DNA from: Microthyrium microscopicum
Taxonomy: Eukaryota
Direction of reading: 5' to 3'
Assembly (NCBI GenBank): GCA_010405405.1
Contig: MU004231.1
Span: forward strand, 3,094,401 to 3,158,400
Length of the DNA stretch: 64,000 nt
The notes beneath the pieces are model-generated. The model had not been told where the DNA came from and searched no databases. It saw only the letters and a list, made by a program, of their open reading frames with translations. Position 1 is the first letter of the stretch; each line of letters starts with the position of its first letter. This document shows, in pieces, positions 21,850-34,318 of this stretch. The translations under genes were made by a program, and so were the position numbers.

Positions 21850-24800
21850 AAAAGGTTAATTTTTCTTTTTTTTCTTATAAATATTTTACTTATATCTATA
21901 TATAAGATAATCTCTTATTTAGGAGTAGCCTTTTATTATCTCTATTCTAATTTTAAATATTATAAACTAGTACTAAGGCGTATAAAACTATTAAGTATTA
22001 TAGTTAGCCTAAATATATTAGTATTCTATAAAAATCCTTTAGTTATATCTATTTTTTATAGTAAACTAAGTTTAGAGTAATTTATAAAAAGAACCTTTAC
22101 TTTTTTAATATCTAATAATAAAGAGTTAATATCCTAATAGCTTTCTTTAGAATTAGATACCTATTTATATAGATTTATTACTTTTAATATAAGCGTATAG
22201 ATAATTAAGGTAGTAATTTTATTATAGCTCCTTAGCTTTAATAATTTATCTTCTTACTCTTATTATTCTAGTAATATAAAGATTAATTCTTAATCTACTA
22301 TAGCTAGAAGGATTTTCTTCCTTACTAAGCTTTAATTTAAAAAGATAAGAATATTATTATTCTTTTTCTTTACTAAATCTTATAGTATTATAGAATATTC
22401 TATTTCTTATATAATTTACTTTATTTACTCTAAATTGCCTTATATTAAAGCTAGAATTAAATTAAGAAGAATATATTCTAATATTATAGAAGTCTCTAAG
22501 TTACTACTTAGATTATAGATAGTTACTATAAGATATTTCTTTTCTTATTTATAAATACCTACTTTAGCTTTCTAAACTTTTCTTATAAAGTTAAAAAAGA
22601 TAATAAATAAACTTAAGTAATATTTCTTAGTACTAAACCTCTTAATATTAATTAACTCTACTAAAAGGTTTCTTAATTTATTAAGCTAGTTTTTCTTAGT
22701 TATAGTAAATATATTTATTTTATTTTTATACTCTTTATTTAGGATACTTTTAAGGTTATCTTTACTTAGTTATTTATACTTAAAGTATAGCTAATTTTAG
22801 TAATAATATTTATTTTCTTCTTATATATATATTTATATAAAGTAATTTCTATAGATAAGGTTTTTAAGTACTTTTCTATTAAGTATCTTAAAAGCGTATA
22901 TTTTTAAAAAGTAAGTCTTTAAGACTTTATAAAAGTTAAACTATACTACTTAAAACTTAGTTTTATTTAAGTTTTTAAAGAGTATATAAAAACTTATAGA
23001 GAACTTAATAATAAAGTTCTTTTTTAAAATTATATTACTATTAATAAAGTTTAAGGCTATAGCTTATTTTAATAAAGTATTATAATAGACTTATTTAATA
23101 GTTTTAACTTTCTCTAAGTAATCTTTAGTAATTATATAAATAGAAAATATAATACTAGTTAATTTAGCTTATTTATTTTCCTTTACTTAGCTTATTTTAA
23201 AGTTTTTAGAATCTCTTTTATAAATAAAAAAAAAGGAGATATTCTTAATATAATATAAGCTTATACCTTAGTAGTATAAACTACTTAATCTAAGTATAGA
23301 TTCTAGCTAGCTATAAGTTTTTCTTTTAAGAACTTAGTTAAGAATATACCTAGTAAGCTATTAAATCTCTTAATCTTCTTATTAAACTAGGAGTTATATA
23401 GAGCTATTAAATAGTACTTAGTCTTTATCTATTATAATAAAAATAAAATTATATTTAAAATAAACTAAGGTTTATTATCTAAAGTTAATAATTAAGAAGA
23501 ACTATATTTTAAAATAATTTTCTTATAAATAAATTCTATAACTATAGAAATAATAGTATTTAGTACTACTTTTATAATAAACTATCCTATAATATAATTA
23601 ATTATATAGATAATATACTAGTTTTTAAAAAGACTCTATAAAAGTTTATTAATTAAGTTAATTCTCTAAGCCTTAAATAGCTATAGGTTTTATACTTAAT
23701 AGTAGGACTTATATTTAAGCTTACTTTAATTTATCTATTAAACTTAATATATAAAATAGAACTTAGTAAATTTTTAAAAGTTATTCTTTATTTCTAGCTA
23801 CTAATCCTTTAGTTTAAAGATACTAGTAAGGCTTATATATAATAAGTACTTATACTAATTATATATTTTCTTAATAAGGTCTTAATAGTAGAAAGAATAA
23901 ATATAAAATAAACTAGTAAGTATCTTTATTTTAATAGAATCTATCTTTAAGAATAAATATTTATATTTCTTTTTAATATTACTATTAAGATTAATCTAAA
24001 AATAATTAAGAATACTTTTCTAAAGCCTTTTCTATATACTAATAAAGATAGTATAATTTTTCTTTTCTAATACTTTTTATAAGTCCTATATATAGAGAAT
24101 TTCTTATCTTTTTTACTCTTATAAAGATTTTAATAAAGTAGCTTATATCTTAAAAGATAAATTATTATTACTATTTTTAAGCTTTATTTCCTAAATAGTA
24201 TTAATCTATTCTTCTTAAAAGTTTAAGTAGTAATTAAGAATATTAAGAACTACTACTTAGGAACTCTTATAATATATAAAAATAAGATTAAATTCTTAGA
24301 ACTCTTTAATTTATTAAGTAATATATTAAGTATTATTCTTAATTATATTTATATACTATAAGCTATTATAATTTATAATTATTTTAGTAGTCTTTTCTAA
24401 AAAGTAGTATTAGTATTTTCTAATTATATTCTTAACTATAAGAAGCTCTTTCTTATATACTAGATAGTTAAGTTTAGCTTTATTTAGCTTATAGCTATTA
24501 AAAGTAACTAAGTACTATTTATTTTAGTTATTTTCTTATACTAGCTTATAACTAATTATATAATTTAAAGTATTTATTTAAAGCTTTATAGACTTTTATA
24601 AATTATATATTACTAAGATAGATAATAAAATTAATAGAGTCTTAATTCTATTAAAAGCTATAGTATATTAATAAGTCTAAGTAATAAAGTAGTACTTCTT
24701 TTTTCTAATATTTAGATTAGCCTTCTTTAAGAAATTAAAAATAAAAGTAGTAATCTTAATAAAGTTCTTAATATACTACTAATAGTATAAAGTAAAACTA

Positions 24801-27500
24801 AGAAATTAATATACTTTATATATATTCTTAAGTATAAGCTAGAACTTAATTAAGATAGTCTTTTTATATAAAGATTAGATTTACTAACCTTCTACTTTAT
24901 AGCTATAGAATTTAATCTTCTTAACTTTAAAGATATATTTATTAAGATAAGTATAAAGCTTATTATTTTAAAGAATCTTTAGAACCTAAGTAATATACTT
25001 ATAATATTTCTTTATAGTATCTAAGTAAATAATAATATTATCTAGGTAAATAACTATATAGATTAATAAAAAGAGCTAAAAAAAAATATTTATTATATAT
25101 TAAAAAAATAATAGTATATTTATTAATCTAAAAGATATAATAAGAAACTTATACTTCCTAAACTTAGTATTAAAAGCTATTTTCTTAATATTTTTTTCTA
25201 CTATATAGACTTATTAATAGCTTAATAAGAAGTTAAGCTTAAAGAAGAATCTTACTCTATTAATAGTATTAAGATACTTATTAATTTATAGTAAGAAATA
25301 AGTATCCTTATATATAACTATATTAAGTAAATAGTAGTTAATATATATTCTTTATTTTTCTCTTAGCTTTAATATAAATAAGATAAAGAAACTCTAAGAA
25401 CTTTCTAAGACTCTAATAAGTTCTTTAATAAATAGTTCTTAAATCTACTTTTCTTACTCTTCTAATTATAGATTAGATATTTAATAATAAGCCTAATTAT
25501 AAAGAGAGGCATCTTTTATAAAGATTTTATAATTAAACTTAGAATATAGAAAAAGTTTAGAAAGAGTATAATAAAAAGACTTATAGTAATTATTTAAAAG
25601 TTTTTATATACCTTTATCTTTTAAAGTAAGTTTATTAATATTAAAGTTATTAATTATTAAAAGGATATTAAGCTATTTTTATATTCTATAAATTAGCTAA
25701 AAAATATCTTTAACTTTATCCTTTATTCTTTTTACTCTATTTTAAAGTACTTAAAAGATTATATAAAGAAAGCTAGCTATAAACTACTTTATTTATTTTA
25801 GATAGCTTCTTTTATTCTAAAGAAACTCTACCTAGCGTCCTATAATAAGCTTATAAGTATAAAAGCCTTTTAAGCGTTACTTTATAAGCTTAATTTACTC
25901 TATTATTTAATTAATTTATAGATTATATAACTAGAACTATAAGAGTCTAAAAATAACATTAAGATTAAAGATATCTAGGATATAAGCCTTAAAGTAGCTA
26001 TAAAAAGTCCTAATATAATAAGATAAATAAATTCTAAAGGAAGTTATAACTATATAGCTATTTATAAAAATAACTTCTTTCTCTAGAATAAGTATTATAA
26101 AAGCTTTAAGTTTCTTAATAATTTTTTAACTAATATAAATAGAGTTAGTTTCTAAGTTTAGAAAAGCTATAGTCTTAATAAAATAATTTTTATAATATAA
26201 GTAAATAAGTAAACGTAAGAGAGTATTATTATATCTACTTATATAGTTAAGAAAAGCTTATTAGTTATTATATAAATAAGTAGAGTATTCTAGTTCTAAG
26301 CTAGAAAATTCTTATTTATCTTCTAGTAATAATAGTTTTTTAAACCTTATTATTACTAGTTAAGCTTTTTATAATTTATAGTATAGTAGCTAAGTTTACT
26401 ATAATTTTAATACTTAAGTTTAGAGTTATTTATAAAAGCTTTTCTACTTTTAAAGTCCTTTTTATAAAAGAGCTATAACTTCTTATTAAAGTTAAATTTC
26501 TTAGAGTATTAAGTATTATATTATCCTTTAAGATAATAACTATAGCTATTTATAGTATTAAGCTACCCTAAATTATTATTATTTAACTTAAGCTTATTAT
26601 TAGTATAACTATTACTACTAACTTCTTTAAAATATTCTTTAGAATTAATATCTAGAATAGGCTCTTTATTTTCCTTAAAACTAGAGAAGATTTTATTAAG
26701 CTATTTTAGCTTATAAGTATTATAAATATTACGTATATTTTTATAAAAGTCTATATTATATTTAATAATCTCTTATTTAAAGACTAAAATATTAACTATA
26801 AGATTAAAAATAGTACTATATTTATACTTAGCTTTAAGAATAACTTATTCTTTAAAGCCTTCTTAGATTTAGATACCTATTTTATAATTAATAAATATAA
26901 GATTTATTTAAGTTTATAGAATATAAAAATAATAAATAAATTTTTTAGTAAATAAAACCTATAATATATAATCCTACTAAATACTAACCTTAAGTATATC
27001 TTTTTTAATACTAAATATAGATTAAAAATAAATAAAGAAGTAAAATAAACTTTTAAGTATTTTAAACTCTTTAATAGCCTATTACTAAGCTAAGTTAGCT
27101 TATAAAAGACGTTACTTAATAGAGAGATATTTTTTAACCTTAGTAATTTTTTACTACTTAAGTAGAATAGAATCTAATAGAAGAATATCCTTACTAGCCT
27201 TAAAGGTATAAAGAAGGCTCTTAGCTTAAATATTATATTTACTTAGTTTCTTAAAGAATAAATTATTAAGAAGTATCTTAAACTTAGTTAAATATTATCT
27301 TTATTCCTAAGGAACGTCTCTTATTATCTTAATAAGTTTTTAAGAACTAAAAATTTAGAAAAGTAATTTAATAGTCTTATCTAACTTCTTACTTAGCTTT
27401 CTTATAAGATCTAGGTAAGTAATACCTATTTATAAAGTTTCTTAAGTTAAAGTCTAAGTTTAAATATAAGCCTTAATTTTATTTATTTAGTAATTTTAAA
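21850..27500 (-). pseudogene. gag-pol relic of the Ty3/Gypsy element
   Basis: De-RIP readings: CxxCGKxGHxxxxC; AFLDSGA; SPWGFPILFVPKPGGKWRMCIDYR...VMPFGLTNAP...YLDD; WGIDLIG...AIDYATGW...TSDNGPQF...YNPQSNGKIERFNG...SPFFL; W-F-G-P-Y. The frame seems to continue ~300 codons past GPY. Both ends approximate. Confidence 0.9.
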
Positions 27501-28671
27501 TATATAGAATAAACTTACTTATATTAAGGTAAAAGGTTAATTTAGTAATATAATTTACTATTTTCTATTACTAAGTATATTAAATATTTTTTATAAGTTT
27601 AGAGCTATAATCTTATTTAATTTACTTATTAGTAGTAGAGTAAAATAATATTTTTTAAAAAAGAATAAACCTATTTATAGACTACTAATTTTTATTATTA
27701 TTATATTAGAAAGTTTAGTTATAAGCCTAAGGAATATAGTTAAGTTTCTTAGAAGTATAATTTTAAGCCTAAGAGAGAGTTTATAATTTAATAAAAGAAT
27801 AGTTAATAGTTTAGGAATTAACTTAATACGTATTAATAAGATAGTTTAGAACTTAAAGCCTTAATTACTAAATATTAATAACCTAAGTTATAAAGTTAAA
27901 ATTAGGATTTAGTATACTAGGAAGGTTATTTAATAATATAAGAATAAGTTACTTATTTTAAAAACTTAAGTTAGTAACTTAGGCTTAGTATTATACTTAC
28001 TAAGTATTTTATTTTATAGCTTAAGCTATAATATTATAATATTAGTTATTTATTTTAGTAAAGAGAGATAATAGTTTTAATAAAGAATATAATCTTAATA
28101 AAATAAAGAAAAAGTCTTAAGATTTAGAAGTTCTTATACTAAAGTTAGTTAAATAGAATCTAAAGTTAAAAGATTATTCTAAGGTAGATTTTTATACTTT
28201 TTTAGTATAGATAAAATCTTAATCTAATTTCTTAAGATAACTTAAGGCTAAGAGTCTATATTATTATTTATTAGCTTTAATCTATATAGTAAAGTTCTTA
28301 TAATATTATTCTAAGGAATTTTCTAAGGAAAAGTTCCTATATTTTATCTAATAGCTATATAATTAATATAATAAAGGTTAGTAAAAATAAAAAGGGTATT
28401 ATTATAAGAGAAATAATTCTTATAATATATTTAATAATTCTTAAAGTAGTAATTTAAATTAAAGATAATTTAAGACATTTTTAGAATATATTATAATAAA
28501 GAATATTATTATATATAATATTTTAAGAATTATTTCTTAATATATAGTTACTAAGTATTAAGCTATAATAAGGCTAGCTAATTAAAGAATAGTATTCTTA
28601 GAGTATATCTTACTAAATATTAATCCTAAATAATTATTAATAATATAATAAATCTAAGGATTCCTATAAAA

Positions 28672-28716
28672 GGTTTATTATCTAAAAGTCCTAATTAAAT
28701 TAAATTATTACTACTA
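28672..28716 (-). promoter_or_regulatory. Primer-binding site, probably initiator tRNA-Met, apparently extended
   Basis: Starts 2 nt inside the 5' LTR: TAGTAGT.. (TGGTAGC before RIP), followed by RIP-compatible matches to the TTTCGAT and GACCTCCGGGTTATGAGCC complements of tRNA-iMet (tRNA sequence recalled from memory). Confidence 0.6.
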
Positions 28717-28718
28717 AA

Positions 28719-28870
28719 TATTATAAGAATATAAGAAATAAAGTATAGTTAATTACTATAAGAGTCTAAGAACCTAATATAGTTTTTAGGATATGCTAAT
28801 TAGGGAATTATGTCATCCTTAATTAAGTCCTACGATTATCTAATCCCTTGGCATGTTCTTCATTACAACA
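28719..28870 (-). repeat. 5' LTR (right copy)
   Basis: 152-bp repeat ending TTACAACA, followed by TSD CGATT. Confidence 0.95.
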
Positions 28871-29543
28871 CGATTGTATGTTTTTATATCACATATTACA
28901 ATGTTAATCAGCCCGCTCCGTGTTCGGGTGTGATTCATGCTTGATCAAATTAGTCTTATCTTAACCAGTTAGCAAGCGACATATGGTCTGCTTGATTCCA
29001 CTGACCGTGCCTTGTGCCAGGAAGAGCCAGCGAGGAAACCTTTTGTCCACACTGCCACAGTTGACCGCCCGAAGAAGTTTTGGCTGCGACATGCTCCAAT
29101 ACTTTACTCCCAAAGGGCGATCTTTTGAAATAGGTGCTCTGACACTGTGATGAGCTTCACTAAACTTCTCGCCACAAGCTCTAGTGGTACTCTTCCACCG
29201 GTGTTGTTTACAGTTCCCTCAATGGCCGCATCCCATTCGAAATAAGGGTGAGGGTGACTGTGCCCATGGAGAACGCACTTTGCTGCACATCATCCAGTCA
29301 GGCTTTAGCTTTTGCTGCGCGGCCTTGTGGCCAATCTGGATTGAAATTCTTTCAATCGCCTACCATGGTTAATAACTGCGGCTTCGGGCCTGGCAACCGC
29401 TCGTAGCCAATATCATTCCTCTCAAGAAGCGTGTCCTGCTGTCCTTGACTTGCGTGTCCTGCTGTCCTTGCTTTACATTGGAATCTTAACTTATTTCTCG
29501 ATTCACGAAAGCTACAGGCTTCCATCCCGTTCCGTTGCGCATC

Positions 29544-30035
29544 ATGCTGCCAATGTTATCACCAGAACAGATCACTGCTTTCGCTACCTTAGGAGATGAA
29601 ACTGCACCGCCTCACCCTGCAACTATCTCTGCTGGGGACGTCGCAAACTTGCAGGCGGCTCAGGATTCCAAGTAACTCTTCATTTGTCCACACCTTGATG
29701 AGTAGGCTTACTGACATATTCTCAGACCATGTTTTCCCTCCAACAGCAAGAACACTCCAACTCAATTAGCGAAAGTGCTGCCCGAGAGTAGTTCCACCAC
29801 AAGCGGAAATTACATCAACGTTGCGAGAGTCCATACCAACGCTAATAACCCTGCCACTCTCCCGCCCACGGCCACATCTCGATACACACAGATTGGTCAT
29901 AGAAATGAACCGTGGAACGCGATCAAAGAAGTCAAAGAAACGGCTGGAGAGACCATTGTCAACAGTGCAGAGCAGACTGAAGTAGACCACATGTCTAATG
30001 GGTATATCATCACCAACTGTGCTCAAGAAGCTTAG
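29544..30035 (+). CDS. Small hypothetical protein (~145 aa, two exons)
   Basis: ATG 29544; intron 29672-29725 (GTAACT...CTGAC...CAG) joins in frame to ORF 29775..30035. No recognisable domain. Confidence 0.4.
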
Positions 30036-30532
30036 TCGTCAGAATCAGGGATACTTGCAAGCCATGAGTATTATACTCAAGCCCAGAATGGAATTGATCT
30101 TGCCATACTTTGCTCTTGCTCGGTCGTGTATGCAAAGCTGACATTGCTCAAATCCATAGCAGGTCCTTGTAGTAATTTTTTCAAAGAAACTACGATGGTA
30201 AGGTATTTTGCCTTAGACTCACTCATTCCCAAATTGTCTTTTCGATAAGTCTATCATCAGCATATAAGTTCACCACTATTGAAGATCGGCAATTACGTTC
30301 CATTTGCTTATGCAGGCACAATCAGAAATACTTGAACTTTTAAGATCTAAAGGAAGTACCAGAATATGTAGATGGGCTGTATGTAGGTAGATTACTCTAT
30401 TTTTGACCAAAATTGTATGACCTTTGCTAAAATGCAGCAATGCTAAACCAGAGATATAGATAGCACCAAAACACGACATTAGATAGCACTATATCACGGA
30501 TCCTTTATCGACCAGAGTCACATGTGGTAAGT

Positions 30533-31401
30533 CTAGACACTTCCTTTGACGCGCTTGACCATTTTCAAGGATGCATCTTTGGCGCAGCTTCTCAAAGTTA
30601 GCCTTCAATAATCAATTTAGGTGCCTGACTTACAGCACAACACTCAGTCCCGCAGTCTGAGGGCAATCCTTGACAGCTAGATTGTCATCGTCCTTCATAT
30701 ACCAATGTGCACCTGTGTCACATGTATGAGGTCCTGATAGGCGGTCAGTTCTGGTTTTGCTCCATTTGTTTCGATCCCCAAGGCAGGATCTGAGAGCAAC
30801 TCACGGCACATAGCCTCAGTGCAGGTGCTGCCAAATTGGCCCCCAGCACCTTTGAGCATAACACCGCTGTCGTAAAATGGGCACTCTGTTCCATGGCAGT
30901 TGATGTTAGAGCCATCAAACCATACTCTGCCATTCTTGACAGAGTACTCAATTTGCAGAATGCCGTGTGACCAGTGGCTGGAATCAGGGTCACGGCTAAT
31001 CTTGATTGAAGTACCATCACCTCCTCCTAGCTCCTTTAAGCGCTCCTGGTACATGTTGTTTTGAGATATTCCAGCAGGAGCAAGAGTGCTCAAAGGTGGC
31101 TCTGGTCTGCCCTTACCGCCTGGGAAATGGTCAGTCATAATGCATATGATGCTAGCACTACTCGGAACCTACCATCAATGCTCTTCAAGTATACTGGATA
31201 GTCGCAACGATTGATTACCGCAATCAAGCCAGTTTCGCCTATTTCATAATCAGATGTTTTGTCATGATTTGTGTAAGGTCTCAGATGCTCACCACCAGCT
31301 ACGCTAAAATTTCCCGAAATAGAAGTTTTGCCTTGAACTGCGAGGTCAATGGCCGAAACCGTTGCTGCTGCAGCTAAGATGAGAGCAGTAGTGAAATGCA
31401 T
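30533..31401 (-). CDS. Secreted Bys1-family (thaumatin-like fold) Cys-containing protein
   Basis: Signal peptide MHFTTALILAAAATVSA; VINRCDYPVYLKS, GTSIKIS, ILQIEYS, VWFDGSNINC, CPF, and spliced C-terminus DDDNLAVKDCPQTAGLSVVL|C. Four exons with canonical introns; stop at 30533. Confidence 0.8.
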
Positions 31402-32434
31402 ATTGGTGAGGGATAGTAAAAAGTAGTGGCGAGATGTAAATAATTATGGAAGGGTGATAACGTGAGTAATGAGTCTGGACGGGCTGTTGATTGTGCTAAT
31501 GCTTTGGAGATTTGGTGTGATGGTAACAGAGAAATCTCTACCAGCCTTCATTCTTATAACTCTTGAAGTCTGGACGTTCTTTGAGAGGTTATAGGTACCT
31601 ATTTTCAGAATATGGACTGGACCAATGGCGGTTCCTCCCAAGGCCGAATTTGAGTCTGTAGGATGCAAGTCAAAAGTAACAAGAATAGCACCTACTTTTT
31701 AGCCAATAGGACGGGACACCAATACCGAATGGACATAGTCAACTATAAGATTCAGACAAGAGTTACACAAGAGGAATAAGCATGGGCCAACCAAAGGGAT
31801 CCAGGGCTAAGAATAAGCATATTTAGATTAAATTTAAAATCTAATATCGATTGTACAGGATGAGACCTAACTACGTCGCTATACAAACCATGAACCTTGT
31901 CTTCAAAGTCCAGACCAGATTGTGGCTTGAGTTGGTAATTGAAGAGCCTCAAAGGATTGCAGTGATGGACAAGTGCCCAAAGAATGAATGTGGCGCGCTC
32001 CCGTCAATCGCTTTGGCAGCCAGAGCTACAGTCTGTTGTTGACTAACTGATTTGCTATTGAGTATGTTGGAAGAGCTGTAACATTTCGAATACGATTAGA
32101 TACCTAGAGAGGATCCTATCCATAAGCTGTGATGATTGATATCGCACTTGATGGAAGCGTGCCATCTTTTTGTCCACACTTTGGAAGGATGCATCCTAAG
32201 GATTATTTTGGAAAGGCAAAACAGCTTATTTTGAGCAACTATTCCTAGAACAGATAATGTTACTGCCGCGCATAAATATGGAAAGCTTCTTCTATGACAA
32301 CAGAACAGCATCAAGCCAATTGCAATAGTATAGAAACAGTGTCGCATGCCATCGAATCCGACAATTATTTTCACTCATCTGTCCAATCCTTATCCGCAAT
32401 ATTCACAAATCTATATTTCAACCTATCAGCCATT

Positions 32435-33650
32435 ATGCGATTTCAGCACACTTTGCTTGCTCTTGCTTCGGCTCAAAGTGCCTTAGCCGGACTTCTTAGA
32501 TACCCCGACTCTTTATCGGGGCATACTTCCAATACTATAGACAGGTAAATCAAGGCTGTGGCATGTCATAACACCGGCGAAGCATTGAAGACTGATGAAT
32601 TCTTAGACGAGCGGCCTCAAACATTACAACAAATTATGCCGTAGAAGCAAAAAAGGCTATCGCTGGTCTTACCGCGCAAGGCGCCGATTTTCTCAAGAGT
32701 AAAAACATCAAGCAAGGAGACAATCCAAGATCCAACGGCCCACAAGGCATATGGCTTGGTAATGACGGGCAGTACAAGCTAAAGGTGACCAACTATAAAA
32801 ATGAGCCCATGGTTTTGGTAATGTGGCATGGTGAGAATATCTTGAACCACTTTTCAAATGATGTTAACTTTAAGCTGAAGGCAACGCCTGGTTAAATGAC
32901 AACAAGCCCATCATCACGCAATCCCTCGGGCCTATCGAAGAAGCAATAATTTCTGTTAACGGCAATGCGCCAGGGATAGCTTTCTCGGCGGTGTATGCTG
33001 GAACAAAAGCCAATGGGCTCATCGAAAATACTTGGGTAAGCTTAAACACTATTTGCTTCACAAAGCATAACTAATGCTTTTATCCAGGGTGAACTTACTA
33101 CTAGTCAATGGGTGCGTTCTGACACAACAGATGCTCGAAAAGAAGGCTTTTGCTAACTGTATCAGTCGACCATCAATGTCTCGAGACTGCCTAATATGAA
33201 CGGCGATGGGCTCACTCTGGTTTCTCCAACTGGTTGCCGCGCACATATGAGCTCTTGCGTTTTTATGTGCAGAAACGGAGCTACAAAATGTGGAGATCCT
33301 AAGAGTTATGATCTTTACAATTGCAAATTCCCAGGAGGTATGTCCTTGTTTATCCACGAGCAAGTCGAAAATCGGCCTGATGTCAAAATGAAGTATTTTT
33401 TCATTCTTGGTCCATTATAGCACCCTAGAATATTTTCATGAAGCTTAAGTTTCCAAAATAAATGCTGACTGATATTTTACAGCGGGCACTGGAGAAGACC
33501 CCTTCACTCATGACCCCTCTGGTAAGTTCAATGTCAACCCCTTGAGAAGTTGTTTTGAAGACAAATCTTTCATACTAATTAATTGCAGGTGGCTGCAACC
33601 TTGGCTCTGGAGGAGACATCTCCGCCATCTTTTCCGTCAAGCCTAACTGA
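32435..33650 (+). CDS. Secreted Asp f 4-like/effector-type Cys-containing protein
   Basis: Signal peptide MRFQHTLLALASAQSALA. Spliced product contains GIWLGNDGQY, LVMW, IENTW|GELT, STINVSRLPNMNG, GCRAHMSSCVFMC, CGDPKSYDLYNC, SG|GC. About 7 exons with canonical introns. Transcribed divergently from the Bys1 gene. Confidence 0.75.
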
Positions 33651-34318
33651 GCTAAGTGTTGTAATGCATTTTCAGCGTTTTTATTGCATAGCATAGCGGG
33701 AGCAAATATTCATTAGCATAGCAATATATTGATAATGTTCCCATTGCAGGGAGTGTTGGGAATGCACCTTTAGACAAAATATTATGACATCTGATTTGTT
33801 AGTCACTTTTGCGTCGCTGCACATCACCTGAATTAAGATGAGCCAGCTGATTGCATGCGTGTATAATAAACTTGAACAACGAAAGGAAAGAAAATCCATA
33901 TAGTCGCGTTTAGTGTGAGTAACTCAACACCTGCTTAATCTTTCTGGCCAATCAGGAACCAGAGCAAAAGCTCGCAGCGCCACAGCATGGTAGAACTACT
34001 CTAGTTCCCCACCACCCGGTTCTAAAAAGTCATGACATGCAACGCAACATGTACTTTGAGAGAGACTGCGACCGAAGAACTTTGCAATGTATAGTTCGCA
34101 GGAAAAGGGAACGGTCTATCTCCTGCTGCAATCTCGATCAAGAAATCGAAACTTTCTCGAATGAAGTTGCTGGTACAAATCCTCTGTCCGGCTCTTGCAC
34201 AGAAACGCTCTAGTTCTCACCGACCGGCGACAATCACGAAGACAGTTCAAATGAAACAAAAAATAAATTCTTCAAAGTGGTATCATACAAAATCACCCAT
34301 CAACAAAGCCTTCCATTC

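Larger units (their letters stand above)
17731..28870 (-). mobile_element. Full-length, RIP-inactivated Ty3/Gypsy LTR retrotransposon (11,140 bp)
   Basis: Two ungapped 152-bp LTRs (TGTTGTAA...TTACAACA) and 5-bp TSD CGATT at 17726-17730 and 28871-28875. Extreme TpA excess and CpA/TpG depletion. Minus-strand relics after reversing transitions: CCHC knuckle 26371-26412, protease AFLDSGA ~26150, RT YLDD 25037-25048, integrase core ~23200-23690, GPY/F motif ~22940. The order PR-RT-IN fits Ty3/Gypsy. Confidence 0.95.

Noticed and set aside
17731..28870. Centromere, NUMT or low-GC foreign DNA
   Set aside because: The AT richness is TpA-biased, bounded exactly by LTRs and a TSD, and retroelement domains can be restored.
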